In this document: positions 20,338 through 30,673 of the stretch, piece after piece
Numbering within the stretch: the stretch's first letter is position 1
Layout: each line of letters starts with the position of its first letter
Source of the DNA: Chrysochromulina tobinii
Taxonomy: Eukaryota
NCBI GenBank assembly: GCA_001275005.1
Contig: JWZX01003329.1
Coordinates: 1-46,003, forward strand
Length of the DNA stretch: 46,003 nt
Direction of reading: 5' to 3'
Made by a program: the position numbers and the translations under genes
Notes under the pieces: model-generated
Databases searched by the model: none
Told to the model about the DNA's origin: nothing
The model's input: only the letters and a program-made list of their open reading frames with translations

Positions 20338-21249
20338 ATGCTGCCGCCTGTCTCAGTTCCGAGCCCCACCGTCCTCACGCAACTCTCGGCGCTGTACGGA
20401 AGCGACTCGGAGTCGTCGCGCGAGGCCGACGAAGACTCGTGTGAAGCACCCAGCAAGCGTTGCCGCACGGAGGCAATTGCGGCAGATGGAGCTCATGGCA
20501 CCTGTGGCCAGCTCAGGACGCCGCAGGAGGACGCATCACGGCAGCTCACTTTACCACCTCCGCCTCTCGATGACGACGAGGAAGCCGCACACACGAGCAG
20601 CGGAACCTGGTTCGACGGCCGTGTGCGCCAGCTCGAGCACGTGGATGGCCACTTCGCCGTGCATGTTTTCGTGCCCGTGTCCCTGGATGCCACCCGGCGC
20701 TCCGCGCTTGAACGATGCGCCCTGGAACTGTCCGAGGTGCGTTCTCACAGTCGCGAGCGCGTGCATGCTCTGAATCCGAGCGAGTATCATATTTCGCTGT
20801 CCCGTACCGCCATGCTGCCAAAGCACGAACTCGATGGCTTTACAGATGCACTGCGTGTCGCATTGCAAGGCTGCGCGCCGTTCCACATACCCTTGAGCGG
20901 CTCGCTGTGCGAGCTTGCCAACGACAATCGCACGCGCTTCTTTGCTGCCATTGAGTGCGGGCGTGCGCGCGGCGGCCAGTCGGCGAGCGGTGCGGTCATC
21001 GACGCCGTCGACGCCGTCTTCGCACGCTACCAACGGCCTCCGTTTTACAAAGAGCGGCGGCTGCACTTTTCGATTGCGTGGTCGCTCGCGCCTCTGCCGC
21101 CCCTGGTGGGGCGACTGCCGACCGCGGCATTTGGAGTGGGGAGAGCAGATGTTCTCGTCGACGGTGTGTGCTGTCGCATCGGTGAGCGGACGACCGTGCT
21201 GAAGTTGGCAGGTGGGGGGATGTGGCCTTCAAGGGAAGCCGGAGCGTAG
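20338..21249 (+). CDS. USB1: U6 snRNA phosphodiesterase (2H family)
   Basis: GRVRQLEHVDGHFAVHVF plus two HxS motifs, YHISLSRT and LHFSIAW. Confidence 0.9.
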   Translation: MLPPVSVPSPTVLTQLSALYGSDSESSREADEDSCEAPSKRCRTEAIAADGAHGTCGQLRTPQEDASRQLTLPPPPLDDDEEAAHTSSGTWFDGRVRQLEHVDGHFAVHVFVPVSLDATRRSALERCALELSEVRSHSRERVHALNPSEYHISLSRTAMLPKHELDGFTDALRVALQGCAPFHIPLSGSLCELANDNRTRFFAAIECGRARGGQSASGAVIDAVDAVFARYQRPPFYKERRLHFSIAWSLAPLPPLVGRLPTAAFGVGRADVLVDGVCCRIGERTTVLKLAGGGMWPSREAGA

Positions 21250-21343
21250 GACTCAGGTTAGGACTTAGGTTCGAGGTATGGGAAACCGCGGTAAGGAAAA
21301 GGGTAAGAAAAATGCGCATCGCCCACCCGTCGAGACTGTGCGT

Positions 21344-21511
21344 GAACTCCAAAAAGTCAAGTCAAGTCACTTGCTTCAACCTTCATCATAAAGCATAAAC
21401 ATACTAAAAACAACTCTACAACTGACATACGACCTGCGTACAGGAAGCCTGTCGAATGGAATGTACTCTCGAGGCTAGCAACTTGACTTGAATTGAATTG
21501 AACTCCCAAAA
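21344..21511. mobile_element. Possible MITE-like insertion with pentamer inverted ends and a near-perfect flanking direct repeat
   Basis: GAACTCCAAAA-AGTCAAGTCAAGTCA ... ACTTGACTTGAATTGAATT-GAACTCCCAAAA, with an AT-rich interior. Confidence 0.4.
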
Positions 21512-21679
21512 CACTGGCTTTGGCCAATTTGCATGCCAAAAACTTGAAACAGCCATATAAAAACAGCTTTGTTGAGGACTTTGGGCGTGTGAGCGCTCCA
21601 TTGGCCGGAAGTCGCGTCCACCTTGGGCCCTGATCGCTGTATCGCGTTACTCGGAGCAGTGCCGTGTCTCTGGTCGAGA

Positions 21680-23837
21680 ATGCCGGTGTCGCGGCAGGAG
21701 CTGCAGCTGCGCGCGCTCATGCGCGAGGCCAACAGGTCGTCCAAGGCCAAACCGAAGCCAAAGTTGGAAGCGGCGCCGGACGTAGCGGCCTCATCAGGGG
21801 ATAGCCAAGCTGGCGAGGGGACACGGTCTCCGTTGTCAACGAAAGGGGGCACGAGCTCTTCAGCAGCGGACGTGCAAGGATCGATAGCGTCACAAATGGC
21901 GGCGTCCTCGCCAAACGTAGCGGACGTGCCAGGTCAAGAATCCTCGCCGACTGAAGAGGACGGGCAGCAGGCGTCTTGCATCCCGGCGCCAAGCTCGAGC
22001 AGTGAGCTGACCAAGCGCGTGAGCGTCAGGACGTCGCCGAAGCAGAAGCCGCTCACCGAGAAAGAGACATCGTTCGACGTCCTGGAGAGCAGCGAGCTTG
22101 AGCAGCGCAAGCGCATCGCCCGCCTCACTGGCATCAACCTCGATAGCCTGCGGAGCGCGGACGGCAAGCCTCTGAGCGCCGAGGATGTGCTCAAGGTTGT
22201 GTCGGCCGGCTGCCGTGACGAGACGCATACGGGGCGAAGCGGCAGCCGGAAGAGCCAAGGAGGCGCGAGTAGTGCAGATGAGAGCTTGTACTCGTCACCG
22301 GCCCTCGCCGAGAAGGTGCAGTACCGCTCGACGGCGAGCCCTACCGGTCGGCACCGATCCGGTGCGCAGCCGACGTGCAGAGCTGCGCTTCTTAGACCCA
22401 CACAACTCCGTCGACCACCTCACACAGTTCGGTGGGTCCGGGCGCGAGCAGGCGCCATTGTGGAAGAGCCCCGGCTTCCTCACTGCCCAAGCTTTCGCAG
22501 AGACGCTTCGTTCGTACGACGACGAGGCCCTAGACGGCGTTGGGTACTTCAACGGCAGCACGATGAATGCAGGCACGCGCTCATCGGTCACGCCGCTCGA
22601 GCACGACGTGCGCCTGCGTATGGGACTTGCGGAGCCTCGCATGGCGTGGCAGCCTCATCAGCTTCAGATCGCATGGACCGACACGACGCGACGCCCGTTG
22701 GCGGGCGGCGGCGCATCTCCGCCGCCGCGTGCTAATGCCATTGGTCGGACATCCAAAGACCTGTCGGACTTGTTCAGTCGAAGCTCGCCGCGCCTACACG
22801 GCCGCGCCAGCTACAGCCGGTGCATGCTGTCCGACCGCTCGTGCCCTAGCCTCCACGAGGTGCCTGCGGCAGCTGTGGGAAAGTGGCTCGACGTCCGTGA
22901 TGACCATTGCGATCAGCACGACGACCAAGGCGTCCGACTGCCCGATACGGCGTTTTCCCCGCCGGATCACTCGTGTGCAGTCAGCCAGACGCTGGTCCCG
23001 ATCAAGGCGACGGCCCGCAAGAGCGTCCAGGTGCAGCTCTTCGAGCTCCTCAAGGGGAATTCAAACCGAGTGCTCGAACTCTTCAAAGAGTGGGACACAG
23101 ACGGCAACGGCGCTGTCGACAAGATGGAGCTGCGCAAAGGCATCGCTGGGCTCGGCTACTCGGTGCCCAATAAGGAGATCGACTTTCTTTTCGATTGCTT
23201 CGACAAGGACGGGAGCGGAGAGATTGCGTACAGCGAGTTTAAGAAGATGCTCTCCGAGGAAAGCCTCGCGCACGCTTTAGAGGCGGCCGATCCTGAAATG
23301 CGGAGGAAGGCGAAGGAGCGCCAGTTGCGGCTCACCCGCCGGCTATCAAGGGAGAGCAAGGAGTACCGGTACCTTCACGACCACGAGGAGGAGCGCCCCG
23401 ACTCGCCGATTGCCTTCGAGTCGTTCATGCTCCTCAAGTCGATGTACGCGACACGCAAGCCGGAGGAGACCTCGTTTGCGCGCGCGCCGCCGCCGCCACC
23501 GCCGAAGCCAAGGCCACGCCTGCAACGTGTGATTTCTTACAACGTTCGAAGCCCTCGTGGCAGCATAGGAGGGAATGGCGGCGGCGGTAGGGAGGGGAGC
23601 AGCAACCGCCGCCGGCGCAGCGACGCGGGCGTTCGACCGGCAACCAACCCGATGGCGATGCGTGCGCCTCAGAGCGCCGTCGAGGCTCCAAGCCGGCAGC
23701 CTCCCACCGAGGCTCCAAGCCGACAGCCTGCCGCCGAGGCTCCAAGCCGACAGCCTCCCGCCGAGGCTCCAAGCCGACAGCCCCCCACCTCGTCTATTAC
23801 GACCTCCGTCATCGCGACGCCGCTGCGAGCTATCTGA
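21680..23837 (+). CDS. EF-hand pair-containing protein; frame switch near 22316-22382 (short intron or indel)
   Basis: EF-hand loops DTDGNGAVDKMEL and DKDGSGEIAYSEF are in the 22185-23837 frame. The N-terminal part MPVSRQELQLRALMREANR is in another frame. C-terminal EAPSRQPP x4. Confidence 0.7.
23681..23790 (+). repeat. 24-nt tandem repeat x4 (EAPSRQPP)
   Basis: cgaggctccaagccgacagcct(c/g)cc(a/g)c-type units visible. Confidence 0.9.
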
Positions 23838-24623
23838 TCGGTGCTCGGAGTCCGGTCATGATAGGAGGGCGTCGTATGAGTACGATTGAGCGGATCAGCG
23901 GTGCCGTCCTGCCGTACTGCCGTTGGCGGTTCGCGGGCGGGGCGCAGCAACCAGCGCTCGGCTGTGAGTGGGCGAGCCTGCAGGTGCAGAGCCTCCAGCC
24001 TGACTCTCTGTGGTAGAAGGCTTGGGCCGATGGGCCCCAGGAGAAGCAAAGTTCTCTACACCCGCTGCGTCCTATTGCCGCCGGCACCGCGGAGGTCTCT
24101 CGGGACGTTCACCCCGTAAAATGGCGCGTAAACGAATGCGTAAAACTAAAAGTTTTGATATTCGACATGCAAACGCCAAAGGCCATAACCGCCCGGAGAC
24201 ACAACACAACGCAGCCGCACGCGAACTGTCCTCGGCATCATACAATAATCATACAATGAACTCAAATGCGCGACGTCGTGGTGGTTCGGTTTGCCTCGGT
24301 TTGGTGCGCTCACACCTAACTCACACCTCTCTGGACTCTTACTGGACTCTGTAGACTCTGACTGGTCGGCCCAATTGGGTCGGCCTCAGTCACGAACGAC
24401 ATTCATAAACTCATAATTGGGACTATCGGCCCGCGGGATGCACACCGCGTTCCGCTCAGGAACCTTCACGGGTCCGGCGTCCGACGTCCGCACGGCCGCC
24501 CCGGCCCTCCCGCATGATGCAAAATGCATGCAGAATACTCGGATAGTCAAACTGCCAACGGTGCCGCTTGTGAAAAAAACAAAGCTGCCGTTGCTTGTAT
24601 GCCACCTCCCCGCTCACGAGTCG

Positions 24624-25776
24624 TCAGATGTCGTCGTCGTCGAAGGCGAAGGGATCCTTCTTGCGCAGCCGCTTAGACGGTGGGAGCCGGCTACGCACCT
24701 CCAGCTCGTCGTCGTCGTCGAAGGCGAAAGGATCCTTTTCGGTCTGTGCCATCGTCGCTTGCATTGCCGCCACCATCCGAGCGTGCCTTGGGCTTCTTAG
24801 GAGCCGCCGCTGCCGCTGCCGCCGCTTCTTGTGCGGACGGTGCCTTTGGCTCCATGGAGAGGGGACGTATGAGTCGCTCTTGGCTTGCCGCTGCGTCGTC
24901 GAATGCCAGCGACGAAGACGAGAGACGTGCGACGGGGTGGGCTGACTTGAGAGCCGTTGGCCTCTCGAGCTTAGCTGCCGAGACCGCCAAGCTGCCCTCT
25001 GCTCCGAGCTCCGACGAGAATGCCCCCGAGCTTCGAGCTCCGATGAGAATTCCTCCGAGCTTCGACGAGAATTCTTCCGAGCTTCGAGCTCCGATGAGAA
25101 TTCCTCCGAGCTTCGACGGTGCCCGGGTCGACGGTGCTGACACCTTTGTGGCGGGTGGCGGCATCGCGGGTGCTTGCGCTGGAGGTATCGCCGATGCGGC
25201 GGGAAGTGGCGGCTGCACCTCCCGCGCCGCCATCTTTCGCTCATTGGCGGCCGCGATCGCTTTGGAGGCCTCCGCCTTTGCCTTGGCTTGTGCAACTGCC
25301 TTTGCCTTGGCCTCTGATGCCGCCTTGGCGACAGAGCTCGCGATGAGCTCGCCCGCAGCTGCAAGAGGGCTGATGGGCGATGGGCCGGTGTCCTTGGCAG
25401 CGGTTGAGTCGCTATCAACATGCATGGGCGTGACGTCCACCGAAGGCTTCGAAGGTGCACGAGGCCGCACAGGCTTGGGCGGCAGTGCAGAGTCGTCCCT
25501 GAACGCAAAGATGTCTACCACCTCTTTCTTCGATGCCTTTTCGGGGTTTGCTCCCCGCTGAGCGGGCCTGGATGCGACGCGTGCCTTTTGCGTGCTGGTA
25601 GGCAGTGCTGCCGCATCAGAGCTCGGATTGCGAATAATGCCTTGCAGCGTCAAACCCGTCGGACTTGCGGCGTAGATCGGCCGTTCGCCCTTCCAGAACT
25701 CAAGTGGCGCACACTTAGTACGGCTGCTGGTTCGCGGTTGCGCCGATGCTGCCGGCAACGTTGCCGGAGTCAACAT
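24624..25776 (-). CDS. CENP-C-motif-containing disordered protein with three acidic FxF motifs; predicted 43-nt GC-AG intron 24744-24786
   Basis: N-terminal PRTSSRTKCAPLEFWKGERPIY, internal VDIFAFRDD, and C-terminal KDPFAFDDDD x2 reached by AAG|GCACGC...GCACAG|ACC splicing. Confidence 0.7.
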
Positions 25777-25904
25777 GGTTTTCTCCACGTCCACATGCCA
25801 GTACGGAAAAGACGATCTTGGCGCCACCGAGCGAAAAGTGGACGCCCACAACAACGCGAAACCCCCAAAAGAGGAAAAAACCCCACGCATTCTAAACACA
25901 AGAA

Positions 25905-26310
25905 GCTCCGCAAGCTCGTGCTTGGCCTCAAGCAGGTGGGCAGCAGGAACGACGCGCCCTACGACCGCGTGACCGGCGCCGGCTTCGTCGCCGCCTACAA
26001 CGGCGGGCAGTACGCCGACGCCCTCTGCCTCTCCAAACGTCCAAAGGCGTCGGCGTCTCCCTACTCGTCGCCGAAACCACTGGCGCGCTCGCAGCCTCGT
26101 TCATGACTATCCTCCGCCTCCTCGCGCGCCAGACGCGCCTCCCCGGCGCCCCCACCGACAACACGCGATACGGCGATCAAGGCCGCGCGTCCCCCCCCGC
26201 AGCTTCCTCACGCACCACGTTGCCAACATCTCCACCGCCATCCAAGCCGCCGACACCCAAACCGTCCTCAACGCCGCCAGCGCGCGCATGCTCCGCGTCT
26301 CATTTGGGGT
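25905..26310 (+). mobile_element. Degenerate 3' fragment of a non-LTR retrotransposon ORF (restriction-like endonuclease C-terminal region)
   Basis: Frameshifted pieces join as GQYADAL..GVGVSLLVAETTGALAASFMTILRLLARQTRLP..NTRYG..RSFLTHHVANISTAIQAAD. This resembles the ExxG...helix C-terminus of CRE/R2-type elements as I recall them; no RT domain is present. Confidence 0.55.
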
Positions 26311-26673
26311 CTGTCGTGTTAACGTTCACGCAAGAACGGGTCCTCATATTCACACACACGTGACGAATCAACCCCCGACCAGAACTGACAGTACAGTAGG
26401 TACTCCAAGGGTCTCAGCGAGGTCCACGAGGTGTGAACGTGCGTGTGATTTCTCCGCAGGGCTGTTTTAGAGCGCCCGGGGGTGTTACGGTAGTATTGTG
26501 GTAAATGTGGAAAGAGTTCCTCAGCCTGGGTCGAGAATCGGACTCGCCGGTTGTGGAGCCCTATGTGTGCGCCCGCTGCCGTGTCCAACTTGATGTACAG
26601 TATGTTCCAATGTTCGCTGTTGTTACGCTGCACGTCCAACTTGTACTTAACTAGCCGAGGATAGGATCTCAAC

Positions 26674-27987
26674 TCACAGCTCAAACGTGTTGCCGAGGCC
26701 CTTCTCATTCTTCCCGCCCGAGGGGTCGAAGTCGAACAGATGCTTTGCAAAGAGGACGGGCAGGAGACACCCGACGATGGTCTCGATGGACCCGAATGCA
26801 AGTGCAATGTTGCCTCCCGATCCATTGATCAGATAGTTGCCAGCCTCGTAAAGCTCGGTCGCAAATATTGGGCCCACAGCGCGTCCAATTTGGACAACCA
26901 TCCCAACACCCGCCTGAAGCTTGGCCTGACGATGTGGGACGGTTCGAAGAGTCATTGCAGAGATGACGGAGGTGATCACGATGGTGACGCTCACTGCCTG
27001 AGCTGCGACGGACACGAGCAGATTGGTAAGAGTAACACCTTGGGTCAGGTTGAACCAGTTGACCTGACCGAGCCCTATCAGAGAGAGGGCGAGTCCAGCC
27101 GTCGCAAGATCGGACAACTGAGACGGGCTGCCGAACGTCCGACTGACAAACGTGGCTGCAAGCGAGGACAGCGCGAGAATGAGATACAAGGGCATCGAGC
27201 CCCCTCCATCTAGTTGGTAGTAGTCAAAGAGGAAGAGGGGTACAATTGATTCCAGTCCGAGCGTTCCCATCGAGTTCAGAAAGCAGGCAAACAGGAGCAC
27301 CGCCAAGATTGTAGGCGGTAGTCCCGTGTGCTCATTTTCGCCCTCAACGACCGAGGGAGATGTCTTGACCAGATTGCCCTTTTCAAAGTAAAGGGCGGTT
27401 ATTAACATGAGCATGAGCGAAGTTGTCGCCGTGGACCAGCCAGCAGCAGCATCATCGGCAGACAGAGACGGTTCAACCGCCGCGAAAAGATTGCCCAGCA
27501 GTGGACCGAACGCCACGCCAAGCGTCGAAGCTGCTGTGACCATCGCGATTGCGCGAGGAACTTCGGTTGGCGGAACGCGGATAGCGATCCAGGTGTTGGC
27601 GACGACTGTTGTGCCGAGTGATATTCCGTGTAGGAATAGGCGACCGAAGAGCAAAGGCATCTGGAATGGAAAGCTTGCAACCCTGATGGCGATCACGTGA
27701 AGGAGACCAGAGGAGAAGCGCAGTGTGCTAAGTGTTGTGAGGATGAAGCGGGTTTCGAACCGTTCAAGCCATCTCGGCATCAGCGCCATTCCGACAATGC
27801 TGCTGAACGTCATCGTAGCGTAGAGCCAGGCGACCATGTGAGCAGGCTGATGAAGGTCTTGCACAATCTCGAGCGCAAATGTCGGCAGGTAGTTGCTCGT
27901 GGTCATGGTCGTCGCGAAGACGTGGAGCAAGAGCATCGAGTAACTAGAGGGACCAGGAAAGGACTGCGTTTCAGCAACCATCATCAT
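26674..27987 (-). CDS. Major facilitator superfamily transporter
   Basis: About 12 hydrophobic segments, LGVAFGPLLG and IGRAVGPIFATELY. The start is taken at MMMVAETQ (ORF open to 28179). Confidence 0.85.
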   Translation of the reverse strand: MMMVAETQSFPGPSSYSMLLLHVFATTMTTSNYLPTFALEIVQDLHQPAHMVAWLYATMTFSSIVGMALMPRWLERFETRFILTTLSTLRFSSGLLHVIAIRVASFPFQMPLLFGRLFLHGISLGTTVVANTWIAIRVPPTEVPRAIAMVTAASTLGVAFGPLLGNLFAAVEPSLSADDAAAGWSTATTSLMLMLITALYFEKGNLVKTSPSVVEGENEHTGLPPTILAVLLFACFLNSMGTLGLESIVPLFLFDYYQLDGGGSMPLYLILALSSLAATFVSRTFGSPSQLSDLATAGLALSLIGLGQVNWFNLTQGVTLTNLLVSVAAQAVSVTIVITSVISAMTLRTVPHRQAKLQAGVGMVVQIGRAVGPIFATELYEAGNYLINGSGGNIALAFGSIETIVGCLLPVLFAKHLFDFDPSGGKNEKGLGNTFEL

Positions 27988-28226
27988 GTGCTGAAGGCGT
28001 GCACAGAGCTGGCACACACGAGCGGAGGCCGCGGAGTGAGCCACACACACAGTTGTGCGTTGGTTGCCTTCTCGCGAAACTTGCCTGTGGAGAGTGGACG
28101 CTGTGTGCGCATACCGGGTAACCCACATAAATAGCGCTTCTGAATTTTTCGTGCGACGAACACTATCGACAACCTCCAAAAAGAAATGCGAGCTCTATGC
28201 GTGCACACGCATGTGAACGCGCGCGC

Positions 28227-29150
28227 TCACAGACGCAGTGGCCGTGTGTAGATAAACACCGCGCCGGCGCCATCACGCGAGATGCGCATCTGCTCGTCAA
28301 CATACACCGTCTGGACGCTGCACGTGGGCGCGCGGCCTTCGAACGGGCCGCCATTCCACGGCAGCAGCTTCCACACCGAGCTGACGGGATACCAGCGATC
28401 CATGAAGATGCCATCGACCAGCGGGATGCGAGGCACTCCGGGAGCAGTGATCACTCGTGTACGCTGTAGCTCCATGCGCAGCGTGCCGTCGTCCTCCAGG
28501 ACCACCGCATCGGCCTCCGTTACGACACGGCCACCAAATGTGGGCAGCAGCTTGAACCAGCCGAGCAGGGGGATCACCGTCAGGCCAAAGATGGTTGTGT
28601 CGAACGAGGATTCGAACCTGCCTTTCTCGACATCAATCGTCTGCGCAACTCTGCCGACGGTGCTGAGCCCCCACGATAGCACTTGGAGCGCATGAAGCTT
28701 GAAGAAGATCTCGGCTTTGCGCTTTGGATCGTCCGCCCCGAGCCAGCGCCCTAGAGTCGGGATGCCAGGCGAGCTGTTGAGTGCCTCTTCGATTGCGAGG
28801 AAAAAGGGCGAAGACCTAAAGAGCTCCACCTCTGAGAAAACGAGCTCCCACTCACCATTGAGCGCAGCTGCAGTGACGGGTGCCGACTGCCTCTCCGCGA
28901 GTTGCGACACGAGCAAAGACATATCGTCACGCTTCTCCTGGTACGCTGGGGCGATGAGTGTATTTAGCCGCTGACCACGATCAGTGAGGGCCGCGATCTG
29001 CAAGATTTGAGATTTGATAGCCGCGCTGCTATCTGGTGGCCAGATCGATAGCCGCGCAGCGACGCCAGAAGTCGTTGCAACCATGCCCGATGTGCTCAAC
29101 ATCAACGCGAGCATGGCACAAAAGGAATTGCAGATCAGAGTTCTTCGCAT
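28227..29150 (-). CDS. Plastid lipid-associated protein / fibrillin family
   Basis: Signal-like N-terminus, ALTDRGQR, LNGEWELVFS, FRSSPFF, and C-terminal YVDEQMRISRDGAGAVFIYTR. Confidence 0.85.
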   Translation of the reverse strand: MRRTLICNSFCAMLALMLSTSGMVATTSGVAARLSIWPPDSSAAIKSQILQIAALTDRGQRLNTLIAPAYQEKRDDMSLLVSQLAERQSAPVTAAALNGEWELVFSEVELFRSSPFFLAIEEALNSSPGIPTLGRWLGADDPKRKAEIFFKLHALQVLSWGLSTVGRVAQTIDVEKGRFESSFDTTIFGLTVIPLLGWFKLLPTFGGRVVTEADAVVLEDDGTLRMELQRTRVITAPGVPRIPLVDGIFMDRWYPVSSVWKLLPWNGGPFEGRAPTCSVQTVYVDEQMRISRDGAGAVFIYTRPLRL

Positions 29151-29299
29151 CTTCGCATCCGTGAATCCGCGCGACGCTGTGAATCTGAACGCCGCGGCAC
29201 TCCTAGATCAGAATGAATTCAACGTGTGAGTTGATGCTTCAAAGGATAGTCCGCGGGAGAGTCCACGGTGTGTGTGTTTAGGCCAACCCTCTCACACAC

Positions 29300-30325
29300 T
29301 CACAGTCTGTGCTCGGCACATCGAGCGGCGGACGCATTGAAGCGCACGAGCCTTCGCGGCGGCGGCGTGAATTCGCCTTGCGCGTCGCACAAGTACGAGA
29401 TCACGATGGCAGCGCGCACGTGCTCGAGCCACTGCCGATGATGCACGCCATCCGTAGTACCCTTGCAGGTCTCAGACTCATTCGTGTGGAAGTGTGACCA
29501 ATCGAGGAGTGGCACGCCCGTCTGCTGGGCAGCCTCAGCCGACGCCCGGTTGGCAGCGCGAATCAGCTCCGCTTGGTAGCGCCACTTGCGCGGCTTTTTC
29601 GCTTTGCATTGCTCGTTGGCCGTCACCCAGACCAGCGGCGCGGGTATACTAGGGCGCCCGGGTATTGAGCGAGCACGGCGACGCTCTACATCATGCTGCA
29701 CGGCGCACCAATGGTCCAGGTAGGGCTGGAAGACGGGCCCGTGCGTCCAGCTCTCAAGGGGTTCGGTGCGCCAGCGTAGTGAGTCGGTTCCAAGCTCCGA
29801 GACCTTGGGGTTCGTATCGTGGATCGAGAGTTGTACGAAGCTCACGCCACCGTCGAGCGCGTGGGGCGGGCCCCGAGCTAAGCGTGCAATCTCGGGCCAG
29901 TGCACAGCGCGAGGCACGTCATGAATGGCACGTACCGTCCAGCCGTGCACCGCGTCGGTGAAGCTGCCGCGGCTGCCGTCGGTCTTCTTGTTCCGAGCCG
30001 ACTCATTCAGTAGTGCGTGCATGATTCCCTTACGTGCTGGGTGGATTCCCTCCCACTCGGAGGGCCGCCAGTTGGGCTGCCCAAGGCTGCGCTCCTCCGC
30101 CAAACTCACAGGCACGCCCGCGAGCAGGCTGGCCGTCGCCATCGCCAGATCCCTCATTGAAGAGTCGCCGATGAATGAGAGAGTTTTGCGTGCGAGGCAC
30201 CTCTGCATCGCTTGCAAGCTGCGGAGCTTCAGCCTGCAGCCGTGCGGGGTGACTCGCCGCGCCCCCCAGTCAACGTCAGCCGATACAATTTGGTGCGAGA
30301 AGGAGCATGGCGATAGCGTCTTCAT
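29300..30325 (-). CDS. SGNH-fold PC-esterase/TBL/CAS1-like O-acyltransferase/esterase
   Basis: CLARKTLSFIGDSSMRDL (GDS) and TDGVHH (DxxH) motifs. Confidence 0.7.
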   Translation of the reverse strand: MKTLSPCSFSHQIVSADVDWGARRVTPHGCRLKLRSLQAMQRCLARKTLSFIGDSSMRDLAMATASLLAGVPVSLAEERSLGQPNWRPSEWEGIHPARKGIMHALLNESARNKKTDGSRGSFTDAVHGWTVRAIHDVPRAVHWPEIARLARGPPHALDGGVSFVQLSIHDTNPKVSELGTDSLRWRTEPLESWTHGPVFQPYLDHWCAVQHDVERRRARSIPGRPSIPAPLVWVTANEQCKAKKPRKWRYQAELIRAANRASAEAAQQTGVPLLDWSHFHTNESETCKGTTDGVHHRQWLEHVRAAIVISYLCDAQGEFTPPPRRLVRFNASAARCAEHRL

Positions 30326-30673
30326 AGCGCAGGTGGCGTTCGCTTACTAGCCGAGTCGGAAAACCGTTGATGACATTTGCATGCAAGGATGGATAGACAA
30401 GTGCTATCGGCCGGCGATCGGGCCCCGGCCGCCGCTTTCTGTGAGACTTGCACTACAAAAGCACTATAGTTACGAAAGACACCGGGGTGAGCCGGGACAC
30501 ACGCACATCATTCATGTAGACAACAACAGCGGAAAAGTACACACATCACAAGACACGGGCTCATGGCGTTGAGCACGGAGGCCCGGGCGAAATAGGACGA
30601 AAGAGGAGTCCAATGCGCCATTATCCTCTGAGCACGGAGGCCGGACGAAAGAGGAGTCCGATGCGCCATTTTC

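Noticed and set aside
21250..21275. ggactcaggttaggacttaggtt as interstitial telomeric repeat
   Set aside because: Only about two imperfect units; not TTAGGG/TTTAGGG arrays.
23030..23260. EF-hand gene as the centrin partner of the Sfi1-like protein
   Set aside because: Only two EF-hands inside a large disordered protein; not a four-EF-hand centrin.
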